A stretch of DNA of 64,000 bases, from NCBI RefSeq assembly GCF_009914755.1, contig NC_060935.1. One strand, written 5' to 3'. Source of the stretch: the human T2T-CHM13v2.0 reference genome, Homo sapiens. Below the pieces are notes generated by a model. That model was not told where the DNA came from, made no database searches, and worked only from the letters and a program-made list of their open reading frames with translations. Of this stretch, positions 14,853-28,790 are shown in pieces. The translations under genes and the position numbers were made by a program. How positions within the stretch are numbered: position 1 is the first letter of the stretch; each line of letters opens with the position of its first letter.

Positions 14853-16669
14853 AAATGACAAAAGTGACATTACAACAAATCCCACAATAGATCCTCAGAG
14901 ATTATTAGGAAAACTTCTATATCCACACAAACCAGAAAATATAGAGGAAATGGATAAATTCCTAGAAACATAAAACTTCCTAAAATTAAATCAGGAAGAG
15001 ATTGAAAGCCTGAAAAGACCAATAGTGAGTTCTGAAATTTAATCAGTAATTTAAAAACCTATCAACCAAAAAAAAAAAAAAAATTCCTGGACCATGTGGA
15101 TTCATAGCCAAATTCTACTAGATGTACAAATGAGAGCTGGTGTCAATTCTACTGAAACTATTCCAGAAAAATCAAGGAGGATGGATGCCTCTCTAACTTC
15201 TCTATGAAAACAGTATCATGCTGACACCAAAATCTGGGAAAGACATAAGGAAAACAGAAAATTACAGGACAATATCCACGAGGATCATAGATGGCAAAAG
15301 TTCTCAACAATTGCTAGCAAACTGAATCCAGGAGCACATCAAAATTTAATTTGTCACAATCAAGTAGCCTTCATTCCTGGGAAGCAAGATTGGTTCAACA
15401 TAGAAAAAACATATGATCATTTCAATAGATACAGAAAAGCTTTCTGTAAAATTCAACATCCTTTCATGATTAAAAACCCTTAACAAACTAAGCACTGAAG
15501 GAACATATTTCAAATAATAAGAGGCATCTTGGCCAAGCCCACAGCCAACATCATACTGAATGGGAAAAAGCTGGAAGCATTCCCTTTAAAAATTGGAAGA
15601 AGACAAAGATGCCCACCCTCCATGCTCATAGTCAACATAGTATTGGAAATCCAAGCGAGAGTAATCAAACAAGAGAAAGAAATAAAAGTCATCCAAATAG
15701 GAAAAAAAAAGTCAAATTATCTCTCTTTATTGATGATATAATTCTGTACTTTAAAAACCCTAAAAACTCTGCCAAAAGGCTCCTCGGCCTGATAAATAAC
15801 TTAGATAGGGTTTCAGTATACAAAATCAATAAACAAATATCAGTAGCCTTTCTGTACATCAATAATTTTGAAACTGAGAGCCAAATAAAGAAAGCAATCC
15901 CATTTACAATAGCCACAAAAAGTTAACTAGAAATGCATTTAACCAAGAAGGAAAAACATCTCTACAAGGAGAACTAGAAAACACTGCTGAAAGAAATCGT
16001 AGTTGAGATTTGAGACATAGTTGAGAGTTGAGATCAAAGACAGGCATCACATTTACCATACTTCAAACATACTGTAAGGCTCCAGTAACTAAAACAGCAT
16101 GATATGGGTACAAAACTAGACACTTAGACCAATGGAACAGAATACAGAACCCAGAAATAAAGCCACATACCTACAACTAACTGATCCTCAACAAAGCTGA
16201 CAAAAATAAGCAATAGGGGAAGGAGTCCCTATTAATAAATTGTACTAGGAAAACTGGCTAGCCATATGCAGAAGAATGAAAAAGAACCCCTGTTTTTCAC
16301 CATATATAAAAAATTAACTCAAGATGAATTAAATACTTAAGTGTAAGACTTCACACTATAAAAATCCTAGAAGAAAACCTAGGAAACACTCTTCAGAACA
16401 TCAACCTGAGCAAAGCATTTATAACTGGGTCCTCAAAAACAAATGCAAGAAAAATTGGAGCCTAATTAAACTAACGAGCTTCTGCACAGCAAAAGAAACT
16501 ATCAACAGAGCAAACCGACAGCATATAAAATGGGAGGATATATTCACAAACTATGCATTCAACAGAGGATCGATATCCCGAACCTATAAGGCACTTAAAC
16601 AAAGCAACAAGAAAAAACATATAACCCTATTACAAGCAGGCAAAGAACATGTCAAAAGAAGACATACAA

Positions 16670-17083
<414 letters not shown>

Positions 17084-17226
17084 CTATACACTCTTGGTGG
17101 GAATGTAAATCAGTTCAGCCCCTGTAGAAAGCAGTTTGGAGGTTTCTCAAAGAATTAAAAATAGAACTACCATTTGACCCAGAAACCCCATTACTGGGTA
17201 TATGTCAAAAGAAAAGAAATCATTTT

Positions 17227-17551
<325 letters not shown>

Positions 17552-18804
17552 TCATGTTATCAAAAAGACATATGTATTTGTATGTTCATCACTATACTAT
17601 TCACCATAGCAAAGTCATGGAATAAACCTAGGTGCACATCAACAGTGGATTAGATCAAAGATCATAAGAACGTGCATATACACCATGGAATAATACATAG
17701 CCATAAAAATGAATGAAAACTTGTCATTTTCAGCTACATGGATGCAGCGGGAGGTCATTATCCTCAATGAATTAACATAGAAGGAGAAAACCAAATAGTG
17801 CATATTCCTAAACATGGGAGCTAATTCTTGGGTACACATCGACATTAAGATGGAAAAAATAGATCCTGGGGACCACAGATAGAGGGAGGGTGGGAGGGAG
17901 GGGTAAGTACTGAAAAATTTTCTATTGAATATTATCTTCACTACCTGGGTGACAGGATCAATAGAAGCTTAAACCTCAGCATCATGCAATATACCTGTGT
18001 AATAAAACTGCACATGTACCCCCATATCTAAAATAAAAATTGAAATAAAAATATAATAAATAAATTATTGTAAAAATGCATGTTCAGTTGGTTCCAGAAT
18101 AATTATTGTTGGCATATTTTAGTCGAAATTAGTGTATTTTGATGCAAACTAGCACATGTTGCAATGTCTAATGCCATTATTAATATTTTACAGTCATTAG
18201 GTCAAAATAAAAGTACTGAACACTATGGATGACACTGAAGAATCTAAATTGCTGACATCTGATGGCAAGACAGAGGTAACTCCCATGATATACTTTTATT
18301 CCTTCTCACTTTTCTTGTAAAAATATCTCAATCCAGACCCTTTTGACTCCTTTTCTGGCCTACTAGTCATCATGCCAGCTTCAGGTCCTGATATTGCCTG
18401 AACTCCATGGTTTCTGTTTATGATCTTGCCTTACACAGCATGATATGGAGGTAAGATCATTCCCCAAAGCCTGGTCCTCACTCAACATTTGCCTGATCTC
18501 TGATCAATGCCTAAGGATGGAGACGTTCTTTCTTACATGTTATAACTTCCTCCACTCACACACTGAAAGTTCATTGGTTTCACTTATGGACTTTAAAAAT
18601 CTCACCACCTCTGAGAATCCCTTCTAACCACATAATCATTTTAAAATTACACCTTCACACACGATCATTCATAGTAGATAAACCTATGTTTTTTATAATG
18701 GTAGAATCATATCATTTTTATACTTAATATTCTTCAACAAGTTCCTACTATACTGTGAAAATAAATGGCAAGTAGAGAGAGATGCTGAAAATAACTTCAA
18801 ATAT

Positions 18805-19171
18805 ACACCATGGAATACTATGCAGCCATAAAAAATGATGAGTTCATGTCCTTTTAGGGACATGGATGAAATTGGAAATCATCATTCTCAGTAAACTATC
18901 ACAAGAACAAAAAACCAAACACCGCATATTCTCACTCATAGGTGGGAATTGAACAGTGAGATCACGTGGACACAGGAAGGGGAATATCACACTCTGGGGA
19001 CTGTTGTGGGGTTGGGGGGGGCAGGGATAGCATTGGGAGATATAACTAATGCTAGATGACAAGTTAGTGGGTGCAGCGCACCAGCATGGCACATGTATAC
19101 ATATGTAACTAACCTGCACACTGTGCACATGTACCCTAAAACTTAAAGTATAATTTAAAAAAATAAAAAAA
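18805..19171 (+). mobile_element. 5'-truncated young L1 (L1PA2-like)
   Basis: gagatcacgtggacacaggaaggggaatatcacactctgggg and ttagtgggtgcagcgcaccagc are L1PA2/L1HS-type. It lacks the Ta ACA and 3' G diagnostics (gatgacaag, acttaaagta). Identical TSD core aacttcaaatat at 18793-18804 / 19172-19183. Confidence 0.93.
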
Positions 19172-19765
19172 AACTTCAAATATTAAGGAATTTGGCCAAC
19201 TGTAGGACCTATGAATTCCTCAAAATAAAAGGTGTCCCAACCACTACATTTTTTCTGTTTAACCACGTAGAACCCCAAACGTTATGCATGCAAATGGATC
19301 TTAATATATTCTTCAATAAGATAGAAATGGGGAATATATTTCCATAGAGATACAGGTTTAAAGTTTTGAGGTAGAAGAGACTGTGGAAGACCTATAAACC
19401 AGCTTTCATCATATCATAAATAAACTGAGACTTAAAGGCAATAGATGAGTTGAATAAATTCACCCAGAAAAATAATTTTAAAATAGTGCAAGAACCCAGT
19501 TATTCTAATGTCTGGTCCAACACATCGTCTCTTTCACTTATCACAGAGGCTCAATCAGATTTTGTTATTTGACTTTGAACTTTATTATAACATTTGAAAG
19601 AAAAAAATAATCTGACTGAGGCTATGAATTATTATAAACATTTGCATTGCCTGTGGACAATTGAGTGTTACCTTCATTCTGAGTGCCTTCATTTAGATTT
19701 GTCACAGCCTCAACTAAAGTGAAGCCCACCTTTTCTGCTTAATATCATGTTTATTTTTTACTTTC

Positions 19766-20482
<717 letters not shown>

Positions 20483-21789
20483 CTCCCATTACGACATTAT
20501 TCTTTCTTTACCCCTTCACCTTCAAAGCATTTCTCTTTCATCTACTTTACATGTGGAAAATATATTGGTTCAAATTGAATACAAACAACAAAATCTCTGC
20601 CACTATAATGTGCTATGAACAGAACAGCCTTGGCAACTTGAAATCATATACATAATCAGAAACAGATGGGGAAGAAAATGCCATCTCATTAGTAGGTCAC
20701 AGTTAACAAAAGTAAACAGCTTCTTTATTTTTCTAATTTATTAAATGAAAGGTGCTTTGTTACTCTATGAATGGAGTCTTCTGACAACAATATTTAGCAA
20801 CACTAAATATGTTGCTAAATATGTTGCTAAATATAAACACTAAATAGATGTTTGCATGGACCTTTTTTGAAAAGTTCTTTAAAAAAATCAAGCAGACAAT
20901 CTTCTATCCTAGGAACACCTCCTTGCCTGGGAAGTAAAGTAGTAATATGCAAAAAAAAACCAAAAAAAAAACAAAGTTTAAATGCTTATTTTCAATAGAA
21001 GTTTCTATAATTGCGTTTCTTCTGTTAATTATTTTGTAAAGTTCTTATAAATGCTGGGTAAAGTTCACCTAAGGTAAAAATTATTGAACAGTTTGTGCAA
21101 CCATTATCAGAAAAAAAAGTATGGCCCTCACATTGCCAACAGAAAAGAAAGAATCTTCCAGCTAACTCAAATTGTAGCTTACTCAAGGAGGTACAATAAT
21201 TGGATGAAAGCTCTCCCAAAAAAGTAAATATTGGCGTCCAAAATGCAAGCCTCTGCCAAAAATCTCAATGGTTTAAGCCGTAATTTTCTTGCTGAATGAT
21301 GGTCTCTCTAGTTCATTTTCTGGTATTTGCTTTTCCAATTCAGCGTCTTTCTTCCAGAAGTTAAAGTGACACTAAGTGTAAATTCAAGCAGTTGTTATTG
21401 AGTTTGCTCCTTTTACACGCTGAGCCAAGACTCTATGGGAGATTACACATCCCTAGAAGGCATGCTAGAAGAAAGAGATCACACATAAGGAAGGAAATAG
21501 TGTGATATCTATTCTATGCATAGTCTCAGTCCACATCACATCCATCATTATCACAATCATTACCTTCATCTTTATCATTTTCACTATGGTGACTTTTGAG
21601 CTTCAAAAACTAACTAGTTATTTAATCTTTTTAAAGTTAACAATATGAAAGTATAAAGTGCACATTAAAAACCCCAACTACCAGGGTTGTTTTGAATGCT
21701 AAATGAGGTATGCCAAGTACTTACTACTTTGTCCAGCTCTACTATCTTTATTCGTGGAATATTTTAACCATTTGTGGATCATTTATTAG

Positions 21790-22274
<485 letters not shown>

Positions 22275-23667
22275 TGAATATAGATTATTTTATTAAGGAG
22301 TTTTTGCCATATATCTTTATACAATCCTCAGAACTATAAAAACATATTTGTTAAATCTGTCAATTTTGTTATGTTAAAAATTGATTTGGGATCCAGATTG
22401 AACCCACTTAGCCTGCACTTCTACCCAAAGAGATGTTTGGGTTTAGATAATTTATTATGAGTTTCCTGAATCATATACTATCTCTTCTCTTTCATAAGGC
22501 TAATAGTTAAAGACTCTTAAATCTCAGATAGAAAGTATGAAGTCCAGTCCTTTACGCTAGACTTTATGAATCTCAGTTCTAACACTAGGCATTGGCCTTG
22601 CCCACTAATGTAGTAGCGACCTTTTAAAATAGATCTGATCCTAATAGGGACTTAGTTACAGAAAAGTTACTACCTGGCCCCTTCAAATACCCATTACTCA
22701 TTCATTGTGACCCTAAGACCCGAAAATACATACAAAGTCATTCAACAAGTGGTAAAATCCACTCTTCTTGGGGTTTACAAGGAATGACAGGATCCTTAAA
22801 TTTTGAGAAAAGTAAGTCAGAATAGGTGGGTTTGGAGACATACTGTTACCTGGGAAAGAGGTACTATTATCACTTTAGGTAGTAAAAAGATGCCCATGCT
22901 TTCCCTTATAATGATATTCCTAAAAACATTATTAGAACAGCAATTATGATTTTCAACTTTCAACTGACATTACAATTGTCAGAAAACTAAATCTTTTATA
23001 ATGAACCACAGTGTAAAGGAAGTCAGATAATTGTTTAAGATATCCTAAAATCAATGCTTTTTAAAAAAATATAGGGAGGTGAGTACAATAAAAGACACAT
23101 AAGAATTTACCTTAGAGTCTGAAGGGTTGGGGAGTCTACAATTATTAAACCCCCTGTAAGCCAAAAACAATGTATGGAATTTGACAGTGACAATATTGTA
23201 TAGAATGCTAAAATACATTGAACTTTATTCCTAAAATATATCTTTCAGAAACCACTCAACTTGTTTACGGATATTTTTCCTTCTCTCTTCCCTCCTGCTC
23301 ACCTTCCCTAACCAAACCCGATCCAGAGACAGAGACAATCAACAACAATACACATTCACCTAGCAAGGAAGAATGTATACTTCACCACGAGCTACACAGG
23401 TTGGCAAATTTGCTTGCAGAAAACATTTAACAGAAACTAGAGGTTAAAAACGGATCCCTCCACCAATGCCATTTCAATTAAAAGAAGAGATTAAGCACTA
23501 GTTGATCTACCGTAAGTCACCTCATGACAGAATCACACCACATAGCTAATTATGACTAACCGGGAGACAAAATGTTCTTTGAATAAAGAAACATATGTTT
23601 CTTTACAATCTAAAAAAAAAATCTCAAAGCCAGTTTGATCTCCAAGGATAATCCTGAACAGGGAGTA

Positions 23668-24045
23668 TGATGGTTAATTTTTGGTGTCAAGGTAACGGAA
23701 TTAAGGAATACCTAAAGAAGTAGCACAGCATTATTTTAGGGTGTGTCTGTGAGGGTGTTTCCAGAAGAGATTGGCAGGTGAGTCAATGGACAAAGTGAGG
23801 AAGAGCCACCCGCAATGTGCGCAAGAACCACCCAATCAGCTAGGGGCCCATTTAAAACAAAAAAAAGGAGAGAAAAAAATAATCTCTCTCTCTCTTCTGC
23901 AGCTGGGAGGCTCTCCTCATCTTTCCCTTGTACATCACAATTCCAGGGTCTCTGATCTGGGGAATACAGGACTCAAATCAGTGACCTCCCACATTCTCAG
24001 GCATTTGGCCTTGTACCTAGAATTACATAATTAGCTTCTCTTTTT
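23668..24045 (+). mobile_element. MLT2 (ERVL) LTR, 5' part
   Basis: tgatggttaatttttggtgtcaa...attattttagggtgtgtctgtgagggtgtttccagaagagattggc...cacccaatcagctagg. Confidence 0.88.
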
Positions 24046-24937
24046 CGTTTTATTCATTTATTTATTTTATTATTATTACACTTTAAGTTTTAGGGTACAT
24101 GTGCACAATGTGCAGGTTGGTTACATATGTATACATGTGCCATGCTGGTGTGCTGCACCCATTAACTCGTCATTTAGCATTAGGTATATCTCCTAATGTT
24201 ATCCCTCCCCACTCCCCCCACCCCACAACAGTCCCCAGAGTGTGATGTTCCCCTTCCTGTGTCCATGTGTTCTCATTGTTCAATTCCGACCTATGAGTGA
24301 GAACATGTGGTGTTTGGTTTTTTGTCCTTCCGATAGTTTGCTGAGAATGATGGTTTCCAGTTTCATCCATGTCCCTACAAAGGACATGAACTCATTTTTT
24401 GTGGCTGCATAGTATTCCATGGTGTATATGTGCCACATTTTCTTAATCCAGTCTATCATTGTTGGACATTTGGCTTGGTTCCAAGTCTTTGCTATTGTGA
24501 ATAGTGCCGCAATAAACATATGTGTGCATGTGTCTTTATAGCAGCATTATTTATAGTCCTTTGGGTATATACCCAGTAATGGGATGGCTGGGTCAAACGG
24601 TATTTCTAGTTCTAGATCCCTGAGGAATCACCGCACTGACTTCCACAATGGTTGAACTAGTTTACAGTCCCACCAACAGCGTAAAAGTGTTCCTATTTCT
24701 CCACATCCTCTCCAGCACCTGTTGTTTCCTGACTTTTTAATGATCGCCATTCTAACTGGTGTGAGATGGTATCTCATTGTGGTTTTGATTTGCATTTCTC
24801 TGATGGCCAGTGATGGTGAGCATTTTTTCATGTGTTTTTTGGCTGCATAAATGTCTTCTTTTGAGAAGTGTCCGTTCATGTCCTTCGCCCACTTATTGAT
24901 GGGGTTGTTTTTTTCTTGTAAATTTGTTTGAGTTCAT
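24046..24937 (-). mobile_element. 5'-truncated L1PA3/4 inserted in the tail of the older L1
   Basis: ctttaagttttagggtacatgtgcacaatgtgcagg...ccccacaacagtccccagagtgtgatgttcc. The ORF2 C-terminus is intact in the ORF track ([34 protein letters not shown]...). Confidence 0.93.
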
Positions 24938-26028
24938 ACGTTCTGGGATACATGTGCAGAAAGTGCAGGTTTGTTACATAGGTGTACACGTGCCATGGTG
25001 GTTTTCTGTACCCATCAAGCAGTCATTTACATTAGGTATTTCTCCTAATGCTATATCTCTCCTTGCCCCCCACCCCCAAACAGGCCCCAGAGTGTGATGT
25101 TCCCCTCCCTGTGTCCATGTGTTCTCATTGTTCACCTCGCACTTATAAGTGAGAACATGCAGTGTTTGGTTTTCTGTTCTTGTGTTAGTTTGCTGAGAAG
25201 GATGGTTTCCAGCTTCATCCATGTCCCTGCAAAGGACATGAGCTCATCCTTTTTTATGGCTGCATAGTATTCCATGGTGTGTACGAGCCACATTTTCTTT
25301 ATTCAGTCTATAATTAATGGGCATTTTGGTTGGTTCCAAGTCTTTGCTATTGTGAACAGTGCTGCAATAAACATACGTGTGCATGTGTTTTTGCAGTAGA
25401 ATTATTTATAATCCTTTGGGTATATACCCAGTAATGACATTGCTGGGTCAAATGGCATTTCTGGTTCTAGATCCTTGAGGAATCACCACACCATCTTCCA
25501 CAATGGTTGAATTAATTTACACTCCCACAAACAGTGTAAAAGCGTTCCTACTTCTCCACATTGTTTCCAGTATCTGTTGTTTCCTGACTTTTTAATGGTC
25601 ATCATTTTAACTGGTGCGAGATAGTATCTCATTGTGTTTTGATTTGCATTTCTTGAATGACCAATGATGATGAGCTGTATTTCATATGTTTGTTGGCCAC
25701 ATAAATGTCATCTTTTGAGAAGTGTCTGTTCATATACTTTGCCCACTTTTTGATGCGGTTGTTTTTTTTTTTTTTGTAAATTTGTTCAAGTTCTTTGTAT
25801 ATTCTGGATATTAGCATGTTGTAGATTCTGGATATTAGATGATAGGTTTCCTGTTCACTCTGATGATAGTTTATTTTCCTGTACAGAAGCTCTTTAGTTT
25901 AATTAGATTCGTTTTGTCAATTTTGGCTTTGGTTGCCATTGCTTTTGGTGTTTTAGTACTAAAGTCTTTGCCCATGCCTATGTCCTAAATGGTATTACCT
26001 AAGTTTTCTTCTATGGTTTTTATGGTTT
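24938..26028 (-). mobile_element. L1PA7/8-like 3' segment (non-inverted half of a twin-primed insertion)
   Basis: gttctgggatacatgtgcagaaagtgcaggtttgttacataggt...tcacctcgcacttataagtgagaacatgc. Ends at ctatggtttttatggttt. Confidence 0.92.
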
Positions 26029-27153
26029 ATCTCAATAGATGCCGAAAAGGCCTTCAATAAAATTCAGCACCACTTTATGCTAACAACTCTCAATAAACTA
26101 GGTATTGATGGAATGTATCTCAATATAATAAGAGCTATTTATGACAAACCCACAGCTAGTATCATACTGAATGGGCAAAATCTGGAAGCATTCCCTTTGA
26201 AAACTGGCACAAGACAAGGATGCCCTCTCTCACCACTCCTATTCAATATAGTATTAGAAGTTCTGGCCAGGGCAATTAGGCAAGAGAAAAAAATAAAGTT
26301 ATTTGAATAGGAAGAGAGAAAATCAGATTGTCTCTGTTTGCAGATGACATGATTGTATATTTAGAAAACTCCATCGTCTCAGCCCAAAATCTCCTTAAGC
26401 TGATAAGCAACTTCAGCAAAGTCTCAGGATACAAGATCTACGTGCGAAAATCACAAGCATTCCTATACACCAATAATAAAAAAAAACAGAGAGCCAAATC
26501 ACGAGTGCCTCTCATTCACAACTGCTACAGAGAGAATAAAATACCTAGGAATACAACTTACAAGGGATGTGAAGGACATCTTCAAGGAGAACTACAAACC
26601 AATGCTCAAGGAAATAAGAGAGGACACAAACAAATGGAAAAACATTCCATGTTCATGGATATGAAGAATCAATACTGTGAAAATGGTCATACTGCCCAAA
26701 GTAATTTATAGATTTAATGCTATCTCCATCAAGCTACCATTGACTTTCTTCACGGAATTAGAAAAAACTACTTTAAAGTTCATATGGAACCAAAAAAGAG
26801 CCCATACAAGCAAGACAATCCTAAGCAAAAACAACAAAGCTGGCGGCATCATGCTACCTGACTTCAAACTATATTGCAAGGCTACAGTAACCAAAACAGC
26901 ATGGTACTGGTACCAAAACAGATATCTAGACCAATGGAACAGAACAGAGGCCTCAGAAATAACACCACACATCTGCAACCATCTGATCTTTGACAAATCT
27001 GACCAAAACAAGCAATGGGGAAAGGATTCCCTATCTAATAAATAGTGTTGGGAAAACTGGCTAGCCATATACAGAAAACTGAAACTGGACCCCTTCCCTA
27101 CACCTTTTGCAAAAATTAACTCAAGATGTATTAAGGACTTAAAAGTAAGACCT
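26029..27153 (+). mobile_element. Inverted 5' segment of the same L1 (ORF2 RT region)
   Basis: ORF fragments 26077-27045 are L1 ORF2 RT ([39 protein letters not shown]). Ends at aagtaagacct, immediately upstream in L1 of where the minus segment starts. Confidence 0.94.
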
Positions 27154-27370
27154 AGCTCCTCTTTTTCTGAGGCTTTCAGACTTGGAGTGTACCACGATAC
27201 GGCCCTCCCAGGGTCTTCAGTTTGCAGATGGCCTTTTGTGGGACTTCCCAGCCTCCATAATCACATGAGCCAATTCTCCAAATAAATCTCCTTTCATATA
27301 TTTCTATCTCTTTCTATGTACTATCTCTCTTCTATTTCTAATGTCTCTCTAGAGGACTCTGACTAATACA
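27154..27370 (+). mobile_element. MLT2 LTR, 3' part
   Basis: tctgaggctttcagacttggag...cagtttgcagatggccttttgtgggacttcccagcctccataatcacatgagccaattc...ctagaggactctgactaataca. gagta flanks both ends of the reconstructed LTR. Confidence 0.88.
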
Positions 27371-27908
27371 GAGTATAGATCATTCACTTTATAGCCAAAG
27401 TTTAAATTGAAAAGGTTAAGGGAAAGGTTCAGGACACAAAAATCAACTATATGCAAATAATATATACAATTATATAAAATCAATATATACAATAAAGTCT
27501 GTAATAGAGCCAAAAGACATTATTTGGAGACACAAAACTTTAGCTCTCCCCAAAGTCTTTTAAAATGAAGATAAATTTATCTTCACATATACAGAATGGA
27601 TACTTCCTTAGGCATTGAACTGATAGAGATTTTTCTTAAGACAATCACAGCCAGAAACTTCTATTACTAATCTTTTGACTCCTTTTTCCCTTAGCATTGT
27701 AACTTCCACCTTTATTCTTATTGGCTGAATAAAATAGTCTCCAATCTGCCCCACCCAGTGCAGGACTCTTTTTTCTTCAGCTTTAATGAGATGCAATTGA
27801 CAATAATTGAATCTACTTTTGGGTACAATGTGATGTTTTGATATACGCTGTGAAATGATTAACGTAATCAAACTAATCGACATATCTGTCACTGCACATA
27901 ATTGCTAT

Positions 27909-27954
27909 TGTGTGTGTGTGTGTGTGTGTATGTGTGTGTGTGTGTGTGTGTGTG
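27909..27954 (+). repeat. (TG)n microsatellite
   Basis: About 22 TG units with one TA interruption. Confidence 0.95.
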
Positions 27955-28439
27955 GTGAGAAGATTTGAGATCTACCTTCTTAGCAAATTTCAACTACACA
28001 ATATCATATTATATGTTCCTATATTAACAATAGTCAGGCTCCATATTAGACCTCCAGGACTTACTCATCCTGCTTAACTGAAACTTTGTACCCTTTAATC
28101 ACCATCTCCTCATTTATCCCAAACTCCATGTCCTAGCAACCTCCATTCTACCCTCTGCTCCTATTAGCTCAACTTTTTTAGATTGCACATACAAGTAAGT
28201 ATATATAGTATTTGTTTTTCTGTGCCAGGCTTACTTCACTTGGCATAATGTCCTTCAGATTCATCCACATTGTTGCAAATGACAGGATTTTCTTCTTTTT
28301 GAAGCCTGAATACTCTTCCATTCTCTGTGTGTGTGTGTTTATTACCCTTATCTCACACATATATAAAAATCAACTATATACAATTAATATATACATAGAC
28401 AATCAATATATACAATTATATATTTGTGTAATATATATG

Positions 28440-28790
28440 TAATATGGTTAGACTTTGTGTCCCCACCCAAAACTCAACTTGAATTGTAATCCCTAAGTGT
28501 TGAGGGAGAGACCTAGTGGGAGGTGATTGCATCATGGTGGCGGTTTCCCCCATGCTGTTCTTGTGATATTGAGTGAGTTCTCATGATATCTGATACGGTT
28601 ATAAGCATCTGGCAGTTCTTCTATTCACACTCTCTCCTGCTTTCTTGCGAAGAAGTTGCCTGCCTCCTCTTCTGCCATCATTGTAAGTTTCCTGAGGTCT
28701 CCCCAGCCATGTGGAACTGTCAGTCAATTAAACCTCTTTTCTTTATGGATTACCCAGTCTCAGGTAGCAGTGTGAGAAAAGACTAATATG
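28440..28790 (+). mobile_element. THE1D/MSTA-type solo LTR
   Basis: taatatggttagactttgtgtccccacccaaa...gtttcccccatgctgttc...tgtaagtttcctgaggtctccccagccatgtggaactgtcagtcaattaaacctctttt. atatg on both sides. Confidence 0.92.

Noticed and set aside
20799-20850. ctaaatatgttg-type short tandem repeat
   Set aside because: A simple 12-bp slippage duplication with no further structure.
26077-27045. Reverse-transcriptase ORFs as a possible novel RT system
   Set aside because: They are ordinary L1 ORF2 fragments, broken by stops and frameshifts and inverted by twin priming. Not functional.
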